Assembly (NCBI GenBank): GCA_965205365.1
Contig: CBDBGT010000011.1
Span: 281,268 to 345,267 of the forward strand
Origin: Bdellovibrionales bacterium
GTDB lineage: Bacteria; Bdellovibrionota; Bdellovibrionia; Bdellovibrionales; UBA1609
Direction: 5' to 3'
DNA: 64,000 bases
The notes below the pieces were generated by a model. The model saw only the letters and a list, made by a program, of their open reading frames with translations, had not been told where the DNA came from and did no database searches. Made by a program: the position numbers and the translations under genes. Within the stretch, counting starts at the first letter, position 1, and each line of letters opens with the position of its first letter. Shown one piece after another: positions 1 through 8,980 of the stretch.

Positions 1-28
1 AAGATATAAATAACTAAATTTTTTTACT

Positions 29-544
29 TTATTCTATTAAAAATTTATTCTTTTTTAAAATTTCTTGTTTTTGAATTATTCTGTACTCTCTACGAGCGAC
101 TGCTTTTTTAGCTCTTCTTTTATCTTCGTCTGTCTCAAGTTTTAATTCTGGAGCAAGAGTAACCTTACCTGAATCATCTAATGCTACAAATGTTAGGTAA
201 GCTGATGCCGTATGAACTTTTTTTCTAACTTTAGGGGCCATGGACTCTACTCTTACACCTACTTCAACTGAAGTTTTAGAAACATAATTAACCCTTGCAT
301 AAAGCTCAACAACCCAACCAACATATGCTGGAGCAATAAAATGCAGTGCATCTATACTAGCTGTTACAACATCTTTCTTACAGTGTTTTCCTGCAGATAT
401 AGCTGCTGCTATGTCAATCCAAGACATAATAGTGCCGCCAAAAACACTATTTAAAGAATTTGTGTGGTAAGGCAGAACAAGTTCTGTCATTATCACACTG
501 GAGATTTTTGGCGTCCCTTCTTTGCCTACAATTCGGGACATCAA
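29..544 (-). CDS. acyl-CoA thioesterase, hotdog fold (YciA/BFIT-like)
   Basis: 171 aa. The segment VLPYHTNSLNSVFGGTIMSWIDIAAA fits the acyl-CoA thioester hydrolase hotdog signature. Confidence 0.75.
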   Translation of the reverse strand: MMSRIVGKEGTPKISSVIMTELVLPYHTNSLNSVFGGTIMSWIDIAAAISAGKHCKKDVVTASIDALHFIAPAYVGWVVELYARVNYVSKTSVEVGVRVESMAPKVRKKVHTASAYLTFVALDDSGKVTLAPELKLETDEDKRRAKKAVARREYRIIQKQEILKKNKFLIE

Positions 545-565
545 AGTTCCTCCTAAATTAAGATT

Positions 566-949
566 TTACTCATTAGGTTTATTATTAAAGTGACCTGCTA
601 TAATGCTTGCTTGTTCTGGCTGCTTATCCACTTCAGAGTTTAATGGAGCATTTCCTGCAGGAATTTGATTTAAACCGTTACCATTATGGCCAGAATTAAT
701 ATTCTGAACACCTTGGCTTTGCTCTTTTCTCTCAACAAAAGTCATGTTAGGTAAGCACCAAACAATAAGCTGTGCTCGAGATTTAACATTCATCTTTTTA
801 TAAATATTTGTAAGATGAAACTTCACTGTTTTTTCAGTTACAAAAAGTCTATTTGAAACTTCTTTATTTGAAAGGCCTTGAGTAACTAATTCGGCAACTT
901 CTGTTTCACGGTTTGATAAACCTTCTTTTAACAATACTTCTCTTAGCAT
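566..949 (-). CDS. LuxR/FixJ-type HTH transcriptional regulator (stand-alone HTH with low-complexity C-terminal tail)
   Basis: LSNRETEVAELVTQGLSNKEVSNRLFVTEKTVKFHLTNIYKKMNV is a classic GerE/LuxR HTH. There is no receiver or ligand domain. The C-terminal half is Q/N/G/P-rich. Confidence 0.7.
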   Translation of the reverse strand: MLREVLLKEGLSNRETEVAELVTQGLSNKEVSNRLFVTEKTVKFHLTNIYKKMNVKSRAQLIVWCLPNMTFVERKEQSQGVQNINSGHNGNGLNQIPAGNAPLNSEVDKQPEQASIIAGHFNNKPNE

Positions 950-1001
950 CCTTGCTCCCTTGTGTAGTATAACTCCTACCTTGGAGCTACACTATAAATT
1001 T

Positions 1002-1026
1002 TTGCAAGAATTGAGTTTTCTTGCAA
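1002..1026. promoter_or_regulatory. 9-bp perfect inverted repeat TTGCAAGAA-N7-TTCTTGCAA upstream of the LuxR-type gene
   Basis: Read directly from the sequence. It lies about 55-75 nt upstream of the start codon at 949, so it is a candidate operator. Confidence 0.3.
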
Positions 1027-1106
1027 GTCCTTAATCCGAGTATTTTAAAAACCTAGACAGAAGCCAAAAGTATTTCTTTTTTTTTCAATTATTACATATA
1101 CTTACA

Positions 1107-1139
1107 AATAGCTTATTTTTAGTGAAAAAATAAGCTATT
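1107..1139 (-). terminator. AT-rich 14-bp perfect hairpin just downstream of mutS
   Basis: AATAGCTTATTTTT-AGTG-AAAAATAAGCTATT begins about 28 nt after the mutS stop. The T-tract is only partial, so the terminator call is tentative. Confidence 0.35.
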
Positions 1140-1166
1140 CTGGTTTTTCAAAAAAAACAGCCTCTT

Positions 1167-3695
1167 CTATGAAAAATTGTCTTTCCACATGGTGATTTTT
1201 GTTAAAGCTTCTAGTGGTGTCATCTTAAGAGAGTTGATTTTTAAAAGCTCTTCCATAACCTTTTTTGCCTTTATTTGCTCAGGAGTCTCTAATGAATGCT
1301 TAATTTCTCTATTTTTAAATGAATCAGAAAGATTGCCTTTAACTTGAAAATATTTTTTTAAAGGCTCTTTAGGAGTTTTTTCTGAAAATTCTTTAGCTTC
1401 TAAAACAACCTCTTCAGGAAGCCCTGCAAGTCTTGCAACCTCAATACCATAAGATTTTTGAGAAGCCCCTTTTTTAATTTTGTATGTAAAAACAATCTGG
1501 CCATCTTCTTCAAAATAACCCATATGTATATTATGAAGCCTTTTTTCATTACAAAAGGCCCCTGTTAACTCATGATAATGTGTAGCAAACAAAGTATGGC
1601 AATTAACCTTTGAAACAATATAGTTCATTATACTTTGAGCAAGTGCTAAACCATCACTACTACTTGTACCTCTTCCAATCTCATCAAGAATTAATAAACT
1701 CTTAGATGTAGCGTTTTTTAAAATGTCAGCAGTTTCTTTCATTTCAACCATAAAAGTAGAGAGCCCTTCTGATAAAACATCCGAAGCCCCTACTCGAGTA
1801 AAAATACTATCATAAACTGGAAGGCTTGCTGATTCAGCAGGAACAACCAAGCCACATTGAGCAAGGTATGTAATAATAACAACTTGTCTCATCATAGTAC
1901 TCTTTCCTGCCATATTAGGACCTGTAATCAAGAAAAACTTATTCTCTTCATTTAAACTTAATTCATTTGAAATAAACCCGTGCTTTTCAGATTGGATCAA
2001 CTCATCTACAACCACAGGATGAAATCCTCCCCTAACCTCTAAATTTTTAAGATCTTTAAACTCAGGAATAGAATAATTCTTTTCAAAACACAGATAAGCC
2101 ATTGAAGAATAAACATCCTCTAAACTACATATATCACAAGCGCTATTAAGGTCTTTTAAATTGAAACGAATTTGTCCTTTTATTTTAGCATAAACCTCTT
2201 TTTCTAAAAGAATTCTTTTTGTTTTAGCTGATAAAACCTTTTCCTCTAATGCTGATAAGTCTTGAGTCGTATACCGTTCAGCACTAGTTAATGTCTGTTT
2301 TCTAACATAGTATTGAGGAATTTGCCCTTTATGGTTTTTTGAAATTTCAATATAAAAACCAAAAATATTATTAAATCTAATTTTAAGACTTAAAATTCCA
2401 GTTGCTTTTCTTTCTTTTTCTTCAAGGTTATTAACCTCTTCTTGAGCCCCTAAGGCTATATCCATTAATTCATCTAAATCTTTAGAAAACCCTTTTTTAA
2501 GATAACCACCTTTTGTTTGCCACTGACCCACAGGATCCTCTTCAATAGAGGCTTTTAAAAGATTTTTAACCTCTACCACATTCTCCCGACCTTTGAAATA
2601 AAGCTCTTTAAAGCTTTCTAAAAAAGCCTCTAAGGATCTTCTAAGCCTTAACAAATCTTGTGGTGACCCTAAAGGGTGCCCTGCTCTTGCAACACGTCTT
2701 TCAATATCACCAACAAAAGAAAGCCTTTCTCTAAAGCTTATAAGTTTTGTATAATCTTTTTTCCATTTATAAATGGATTTTTGACGATCTTTAATCTTAT
2801 TAAGATCTACTAATGGTGTCTGAAGCCAGTGCCTTAAGAGTCTTGTCCCTCCGGGAGTTTTAGTTTTTTTAATAGCATTAAATAAACTTTTTTGCTTATC
2901 ACCTTCATTTGATTGAAAAACCTCTATATGTTTAAAAAAATGTACACTAAGGCTTAGACTCTCATTATTTTTTACTTCAACCCATTTAGTAAAGCCAAAA
3001 GAGGCTCCCTCACCTTGCATATACTCTAAATAGTTAAGTAAAGTTTGTCGAGAGTCTTTTGAAAGAATTTTTTTCTCAGAAAGGCTTTCTGAAGCATTTT
3101 GCTTAAGACCTTTATAAAAAGAACATACTTTAAACTTATCAATATCTAAACACAAAATTTCTTTTGGTTGAATTTTTAAAATTAAATCTTTAACTTCATC
3201 AAGTGACTTTATTTTTCTAAAATAAGCCTTTCCTGTTGAAGAATCTATCCAACACACCCTTTCATTATCAAAAGATAAAATATAATGATGTGCATCTGCC
3301 TCTAATAAGTTGGTGTTAAACACAACTCCTGGAGACAATAACAGCCTCACTCCTCTTTTAATTATACCCTTTACTTCACAAGAATTTTCTAACTGATCAC
3401 AAACAGCCACACAATAACCTGCATTAAGAAGTTTATTTACAGGGGATTCCATTGCATGATGGGGAAACCCACACATAAGTGTGTCACCCCCTGCTTTCTT
3501 ATTCCTTTTTGTAAGGGTAATATTTAAAACTTCAGATGCTATCTTTGCATCTTCATTAAAAAGCTCATAAAAATCACCCATTCGAAAAAGCAAGAGCTTG
3601 TCTTGGTGTTGCTCTTTAATAGCTCCATACTGTTTCATTAATGGTGTAAGCTTTGGTTGGTCTAAATTCTTATGTTTGCCGCCTGGCTTAAGCAC
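1167..3695 (-). CDS. mutS: DNA mismatch repair protein MutS
   Basis: 842 aa. N-terminal TPLMKQY...FYELF mismatch-binding motif, Walker A GPNMAGKST, and DEIGRGTSS...THYHEL. Confidence 0.95.
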   Translation of the reverse strand: MLKPGGKHKNLDQPKLTPLMKQYGAIKEQHQDKLLLFRMGDFYELFNEDAKIASEVLNITLTKRNKKAGGDTLMCGFPHHAMESPVNKLLNAGYCVAVCDQLENSCEVKGIIKRGVRLLLSPGVVFNTNLLEADAHHYILSFDNERVCWIDSSTGKAYFRKIKSLDEVKDLILKIQPKEILCLDIDKFKVCSFYKGLKQNASESLSEKKILSKDSRQTLLNYLEYMQGEGASFGFTKWVEVKNNESLSLSVHFFKHIEVFQSNEGDKQKSLFNAIKKTKTPGGTRLLRHWLQTPLVDLNKIKDRQKSIYKWKKDYTKLISFRERLSFVGDIERRVARAGHPLGSPQDLLRLRRSLEAFLESFKELYFKGRENVVEVKNLLKASIEEDPVGQWQTKGGYLKKGFSKDLDELMDIALGAQEEVNNLEEKERKATGILSLKIRFNNIFGFYIEISKNHKGQIPQYYVRKQTLTSAERYTTQDLSALEEKVLSAKTKRILLEKEVYAKIKGQIRFNLKDLNSACDICSLEDVYSSMAYLCFEKNYSIPEFKDLKNLEVRGGFHPVVVDELIQSEKHGFISNELSLNEENKFFLITGPNMAGKSTMMRQVVIITYLAQCGLVVPAESASLPVYDSIFTRVGASDVLSEGLSTFMVEMKETADILKNATSKSLLILDEIGRGTSSSDGLALAQSIMNYIVSKVNCHTLFATHYHELTGAFCNEKRLHNIHMGYFEEDGQIVFTYKIKKGASQKSYGIEVARLAGLPEEVVLEAKEFSEKTPKEPLKKYFQVKGNLSDSFKNREIKHSLETPEQIKAKKVMEELLKINSLKMTPLEALTKITMWKDNFS

Positions 3696-3764
3696 TAAAA
3701 AACCCCTCCTAAAAGACTTTAAAGTAGCTAATTATAAGGCTTTGGGCAAAGAAAAGAACACTCT

Positions 3765-4028
3765 CTAATGGGCTTTTCTAAAAGAACTTAAATGCTGTTC
3801 TAGGATTTTGTTCTCAAGTCGAGCAATTTTTTTAATAATTTTACCTCTTTTATCACCCTTAGCGGTGGCTAAGGATTTTTTAAGCTTAATAACCCTTTGT
3901 TTTGCCTCTTTGAGTGATAAGGAAGCAAAATCTCTATTAACTTGAGCAAAGCTTAGGCTTATAAAAAAAAATATCACTATGCTTAATATTTTAAAAAAAA
4001 ACAAAAAAACGCGCTTTTTAATACTCAT
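3765..4028 (-). CDS. small secreted basic coiled-coil protein, unknown function
   Basis: 87 aa. Hydrophobic signal-like N-terminus ending SFAQ, followed by a K/R-rich helical region. No recognisable family. Confidence 0.4.
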   Translation of the reverse strand: MSIKKRVFLFFFKILSIVIFFFISLSFAQVNRDFASLSLKEAKQRVIKLKKSLATAKGDKRGKIIKKIARLENKILEQHLSSFRKAH

Positions 4029-4097
4029 GCTTATATTTTCTTTGATATTATTCCATTTAACCAGAAATACTTTCTAATTTGTCTTATAAAGAATACT

Positions 4098-5033
4098 TTA
4101 TTTTAACTGTCTTAAACTATAAACACCTAAAATTACTGGATTTATTCCATTTACTCTAAGTTCAATATTTCCTTCAATATAGCCCTTAGAATGAACAAAG
4201 CTGTTAAAATAAACCTTTCTAGAGCCATTTAAAACTGATACATAAACAAAATTTATATATGGATTTGAATTCTCTTCAAGCTCTGAAATTTCTTTAGTTT
4301 CAGGGCTAAGTACAAAAATTTCATTATAAAGGCTAATGGTTTGATTTATATCCAGGGGCCTTAATATATAATGTGTTTGTGCAACTGGTTGAAACGTCAC
4401 ATCAAGTCTTTGCCCTGTTTCTAAACTCAAACCATGGACATTACCACTGTTATAAATCAATTCACCACTCCATTCCCCGAAATAGTCAACAAACCACCTG
4501 TCTTTAATAAAGACTCTAAATGGAGTTTTTATTTTATGAATTTTTTCACCAAACTCAAACACATTTAACACAAGGTCACCATTTGCAATTAAACTCCCAG
4601 ATTCTCTTCTAAATTCTAAGCAATACTTAAAATCCATAGTTCTTGAGTCTAAAGAAATTTTATCTGAACAAACATCAATATGACTTACACCAGCTTTAAG
4701 CTTATTTCTAACTTGTAAACCTATCTTAAAATTTTTTAAAACAACTTTTCTTCCAAGCCTACTGTCAGCCCACTGAACCTCACCTAAAGTATTAAAATAT
4801 GTACGTTCATTAAAAGACAGACCATTTCTTAAAATACTGGCTGTTAGATCTAACTCACTTTGCCCATTAAAAATCTCTATTGAACTTACAGACGTAATAT
4901 CTAGCAGTGTAGAGTCTGTTCTATAAATACCCGTCATATCATCTACATTCAACACAACAGAACCATTTTTGTTAGAACCACACCCTATAAAACTTAAAGC
5001 AATTAATCCTAATAAAATCGTTTTTACATTTCT
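4098..5033 (-). CDS. putative lipoprotein, unknown function
   Basis: The likely start is the internal MRNVKTILLGLIALSFIGCGS, which has a lipobox (IGC). The ORF track extends the ORF to 5063. Beta-rich with no recognisable domain. Confidence 0.5.
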   Translation of the reverse strand, partial: RNVKTILLGLIALSFIGCGSNKNGSVVLNVDDMTGIYRTDSTLLDITSVSSIEIFNGQSELDLTASILRNGLSFNERTYFNTLGEVQWADSRLGRKVVLKNFKIGLQVRNKLKAGVSHIDVCSDKISLDSRTMDFKYCLEFRRESGSLIANGDLVLNVFEFGEKIHKIKTPFRVFIKDRWFVDYFGEWSGELIYNSGNVHGLSLETGQRLDVTFQPVAQTHYILRPLDINQTISLYNEIFVLSPETKEISELEENSNPYINFVYVSVLNGSRKVYFNSFVHSKGYIEGNIELRVNGINPVILGVYSLRQLK

Positions 5034-5166
5034 CATCTTAGCAATAACGTATACAAAAAGCATGCCTTATAAAGCCCTCTATATTGACTATGAGTGTTTA
5101 AATTTTTAACAATTGATTAAAAACTTCTTTAAAAAGATCCTTTCCGTATTTCTAACAATATATTCT

Positions 5167-5876
5167 GGTTCGGTTCTCTTCTAAAACTGGAGGTTAAGCT
5201 GGAAGCCAATCTTTTTCTAAATACCCGCATTTCTCCATGATTTTGAGCATGAAGTATTCAATCTTCTTATACCCATACGCCATCTTCTTCACCACAGAGA
5301 TCTTTGAGTTTATTCCTTTACTGATTGCAGAGCTACGTCCTGTTCTTATTATAAAGTCGGTGAAACCTTTTAGCTTCACTTTAAATGCTTTGGCTACCCA
5401 TTTTGTTAAAAATAAATTAGCTTCTTTTGTTTCATAATGTCTGAAGCTAAAAAAATTGTAGAACTGCTCTTTGTGTAAATATGCTTTGTAGAGTTCTCTA
5501 TTTATCTCTTCTAAGGACTGTAAACTTTTAACTTTATTCTCAGCTAAATTTTTTTTCTTAAAACACAAAAGCCAGTTCATAGGATGGATGGTTTTTCTTT
5601 TTCCCACCTTTAACCTTGGTCCAACGCTTAACTCTCTTCTACAGTCATTAATTGTTTTATTCAGTCTTTGGATCACGTGAAAATGATCTACCACCTGCAT
5701 AGCCTGAAGGGCATATTCATCACAACTGTACTTAAAAGCTAAATGCAGATCTTTTGAAACGGTTTCTATCTTTGCACAATGTATGCGCAGACTTTTAGGT
5801 GAATAGGTCAGCAACCTAAGGTTTCAATATCTCAAGCTTTAGGCCCTAGAAATACCACCAACTTTAGAAGAGAACC
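5167..5876 (-). mobile_element. internally deleted ISL3-family element (about 0.7 kb) retaining both terminal inverted repeats and an 8-bp target duplication
   Basis: IRL is GGTTCTCTTCTAAAACTGG (5172-5190). IRR is CCAACTTTAGAAGAGAACC (5858-5876), matching 17/19 as reverse complement. TATATTCT flanks both sides (5159-5166 and 5877-5884). A 5-bp GGTTC tip is duplicated at 5167-5171. Confidence 0.75.
5194..5814 (-). pseudogene. ISL3-family transposase, C-terminal fragment only
   Basis: 206 aa. VVDHFHVIQ and GINSKISVVKKMAYGYKKIEYFMLKIMEKCGYL align with DRFHVAE and GLNNKIKVLRRMGYGYTNPESFMHKILQRCGLL of the intact copy at 23893-25236. Roughly the N-terminal half is missing. Confidence 0.75.
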
Positions 5877-6011
5877 TATATTCTGCAAAATCAATTACAC
5901 CCTTTAGCTTCTACCTCTCCAGTTAAATGTCGACAGTCCACTTTTCGTTTCAAAACATTTAAAACTAAAAAAAAAATTAATAAGCTAAGGTGAAATACTA
6001 ATTTTTTCTAT

Positions 6012-6560
6012 CTACTTCACTTCAGCAATCAACTTAACCTTAACCTCAACCTCTTCTGCTACTGTAATACCTTTAAATGAGGGAGTTTGAATCTTATAGT
6101 CTATAAGTTTAAATAAAAACTTAGCTCTAACAACAAAGCCTTTAGCATGTGGTATAACCCTACCTTTAATATTAATTTTACGCTCTACACCATTTAGTAA
6201 GAATTTTGCCCAAAAATTTATCTTGCCTTTTTTCTTTTTAGGCAAAATTAAATCTTTTATTTTTAAAATAGCAATATCTCTACCTTTTTCTTCTACTTTT
6301 AAATATTTTTCTTTTAGGTGGCGATCTCGTAAATGAATGCCTGTTTTTAAGCTCTTTAAAGAGAATGTTAAATCTCCTGAAACTTTTTCTTTTAAAACTT
6401 TTAATACTCCACTAACACCTTGGCCTTCACCTTTAATTTTTATAAAGCCAGGATATCCTTTAGCCGTAAATTCAACACGTCCAACTTCTGCTCTAAACAC
6501 ATAATCACAGAGCCCTAAACAAGGCATACTCAAAATAAAAGCAAATAATATATACTTCAT
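6012..6560 (-). CDS. YceI-like periplasmic (polyisoprenoid-binding family) protein
   Basis: The likely start is MKYILFAF at 6560, preceded by AGGAG. It has a signal peptide, and the pattern FTAKG...VSG...SLKTGIHLRDRHL is typical of the YceI family. The ORF track start at 6614 overlaps the upstream gene. Confidence 0.8.
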   Translation of the reverse strand: MKYILFAFILSMPCLGLCDYVFRAEVGRVEFTAKGYPGFIKIKGEGQGVSGVLKVLKEKVSGDLTFSLKSLKTGIHLRDRHLKEKYLKVEEKGRDIAILKIKDLILPKKKKGKINFWAKFLLNGVERKINIKGRVIPHAKGFVVRAKFLFKLIDYKIQTPSFKGITVAEEVEVKVKLIAEVK

Positions 6561-6564
6561 ACTT

Positions 6565-6813
6565 TTACTCCTCTTGTGATAAAAATTTATTACCAAACTC
6601 AGGCGCTCCTGCATTAACCCACTCTAAAAGCATAGTTTTTAAATTCTTAGAAAGAGGCTTTGGAACACCTTCAGAATCTTGAGGCATCCTATTTGATAAA
6701 ACCTGTTTAAGAATACTCATGGAATTTAGGCGTACGTTCTCATAATTATGGTAACCTCTTTCAGAATGACAGACTATACAGTTTGGCTCAATAATATTAT
6801 TATAAATATCCAT
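6565..6813 (-). CDS. c-type cytochrome-like protein with CxxCH (PSCyt1 / planctomycete cytochrome C-like domain); the true N-terminus probably lies upstream (see finding)
   Basis: CIVCH heme-binding motif. RMPQDSEGVPKPLSKNLKTMLLEWVNAGAPE matches the PSCyt1 pattern (MP...L...e...l..WI..GA). Confidence 0.65.
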   Translation of the reverse strand: MDIYNNIIEPNCIVCHSERGYHNYENVRLNSMSILKQVLSNRMPQDSEGVPKPLSKNLKTMLLEWVNAGAPEFGNKFLSQEE

Positions 6814-6958
6814 AAAAGTAAAGTCTGTAGTAATTATATTAGGCCCCTCTTTGCTCTCACCATCTGCAGGAAAACCTAACTTTAACTTTTCATAATTTCC
6901 ACAAGAAACTTGAAAAAGTAAAAATACAATGAGAAAATATCTTATTCTGTCTATAACA

Positions 6959-7324
6959 CTACTCCTCTACTCTTAACTTTAATCTAACTTTATGTGAATG
7001 GTTAAAATCACTGCTAGAATCTAAAGTCTTTTCTTTGCCTAAAAGAATATCTAAAACATCATTAAATTCTAAATTAATAGAATGAGGATGACTCTGACCT
7101 TGAATGCTCAGAGTTTGAATTTTATTCTCAGGTTGAAGCTCACGAAGTACAGTAACAAGGTTAGCCAATGTTAGGTTAAGCTCATGACCATGATTATCAG
7201 AAATTTCAGCTATAACTTCACTTGTATCTTCTAATGCCTCTGCTCCATCTAATTTAAGACCTGATATTAAGGTGGTCCCTAAAGCAACCTTGGCTCCTTT
7301 ACTAAAAAAATTTCTTCTATCCAT
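6959..7324 (-). CDS. Tat-signal small periplasmic protein with three HxH repeats
   Basis: MDRRNFFSKGAKVALG is a twin-arginine signal. Three spaced HxH motifs occur in the context [NQ]-x-HxHx-[LIV]-x-L: NHGHELNL, SHPHSINL and NHSHKVRL. Confidence 0.6.
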   Translation of the reverse strand: MDRRNFFSKGAKVALGTTLISGLKLDGAEALEDTSEVIAEISDNHGHELNLTLANLVTVLRELQPENKIQTLSIQGQSHPHSINLEFNDVLDILLGKEKTLDSSSDFNHSHKVRLKLRVEE

Positions 7325-7390
7325 AACTACTCCTCCTTAAAAAAAAACTAGCCTTAATAAGATTTTTCTACTACTCTATTTGAATAAAAC

Positions 7391-8308
7391 ATGAGTTTAC
7401 AAAAAAGAAACACCTTTGATAATGCCCTTGAAAACCTTAGATTTAAGGATATTTCCATTTGTTTAAATCTATCTCAAACCCTTAATATTAGAGAGCTCTC
7501 TAGAAAAACTCAACTAACACCTGGGCAAATCTCTAAAACTATTACAAAATTAGAAAAAATTTTAAAAATTAAGCTCTTTAACCGTTCAACAACTGGGCTT
7601 AGTCTTTCTGCTGATGGAAAAATATTTCTTCCAAAATTACAAAAACTACAAAATGATTTTTTAACCCTACAAGAAACCAATAATATCAAAGAAAAAAAGA
7701 ATCTCACACTTGCATGTTCATCCTTTTTTGCAAGCCATCTTCTTCCAAAAATTATTTTAAAGTTCAAGAATTATCAATTTAACATTATTCAATTGCCACC
7801 TGAAGATTATATTCAAGTTGGTCTACTTTCTGGTTTTAGTGTTTGCCTTCATACAACTAAAATGGATTGGCCAAAAACTTGGTATTCAGAATTAGCTGGC
7901 AATATAACTTTTAAACTCTATGCTTCACCTAAACACCCTATTTTTAGAAAAAAAACTTGCAGTAAAAATGATATTAAAAACCTTGATTTTACTGGGCCCA
8001 TTTATTGGACAAAAGAAGGCCTTACAAATGGCAATGACTATTTTCCAAAAAATATAACGAGAAAAATTCTCCATAAAACATCAACTGCAATAGGTAGCGC
8101 TGCATTAATCCATCAAAGCAATATTGTAGGGTTTTTACCTTCATTAATTGGAGAAAGTGAATTTTATAATCTTAAAGAGATTAACACTCCCTTTATTAAA
8201 CCTGTTAAACAAAGTATTTATATCACTGTTAAATCTGATGAAATTTCTCAAAGTTTTTATTCAGAGTTCTTAAATCAAATTTCAATTCATTTATTAAGTG
8301 ATGGCTAA
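7391..8308 (+). CDS. LysR-family transcriptional regulator
   Basis: 305 aa. N-terminal wHTH (LSRKTQLTPGQISKTITKLEKILKIKLFNRSTTGLSLSADG) plus a LysR substrate-binding-length C-terminus. Divergent from the 7324-6012 operon. Confidence 0.8.
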   Translation: MSLQKRNTFDNALENLRFKDISICLNLSQTLNIRELSRKTQLTPGQISKTITKLEKILKIKLFNRSTTGLSLSADGKIFLPKLQKLQNDFLTLQETNNIKEKKNLTLACSSFFASHLLPKIILKFKNYQFNIIQLPPEDYIQVGLLSGFSVCLHTTKMDWPKTWYSELAGNITFKLYASPKHPIFRKKTCSKNDIKNLDFTGPIYWTKEGLTNGNDYFPKNITRKILHKTSTAIGSAALIHQSNIVGFLPSLIGESEFYNLKEINTPFIKPVKQSIYITVKSDEISQSFYSEFLNQISIHLLSDG

Positions 8309-8429
8309 CAGTAACCTTCTTATTACTTTAAGTTTAAAAACACCAATTCTTTTAATCTAAAAACTTATTTAAAATTACCCACATATTCCATTGGTGTTAA
8401 TTTAGCCTAAGCTTTTGCCTCTAAGTTTA

Positions 8430-8936
8430 CTAAGTTTTAGTAAAATTATACGCTCTACTTTTAGATTGAATTTTTCTTTTACTGATTCTAAGTTTATCTG
8501 CCCTTTTCACTGATAATACTTTCTCTTCTTTTGTTCTTTTTTCATTCTCTTGCACCCATTTCTCATCTTTAACTGGAGGTACATAATCAACAAACTCAAT
8601 ATATGCTATGGGTGCTTGATCACCTGGTCTATTGCCTAGTTTTCTAATCCTTGTGTATCCACCTGGGCGCTCTTTAAACCGTACAGATAAAACATCTACG
8701 ATTTTTTCCATAGTGTCTTTATTTGAATATTTACTAAGAATTACACGCCTTGCATGCACTGTTCCTAACTTACCTTTTGTAATTGCTTTTTCAACATGTT
8801 TTCTAAGCTCTTTAGCTTTTGGAAGAGTAGTTTTAATTCTCTCATCTCTAACTAACGACTCTACTAAGCCTTTAATAAGAGCTTTTTTAGGGCCGTTTCT
8901 CCTGCCAAAGTGCTTCTTCATAACCTTATGTCTCAT
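8430..8936 (-). CDS. rplQ: 50S ribosomal protein L17 (with K/E-rich C-terminal extension)
   Basis: MRHKV..FGRRNGPKKALIKGL...ERIKTTLPKAKELR. It sits after rpoA. Confidence 0.9.
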   Translation of the reverse strand: MRHKVMKKHFGRRNGPKKALIKGLVESLVRDERIKTTLPKAKELRKHVEKAITKGKLGTVHARRVILSKYSNKDTMEKIVDVLSVRFKERPGGYTRIRKLGNRPGDQAPIAYIEFVDYVPPVKDEKWVQENEKRTKEEKVLSVKRADKLRISKRKIQSKSRAYNFTKT

Positions 8937-8980
8937 AACTAATCTCCAAAAATTATATTAAAAAGATATTTACTACCTAA

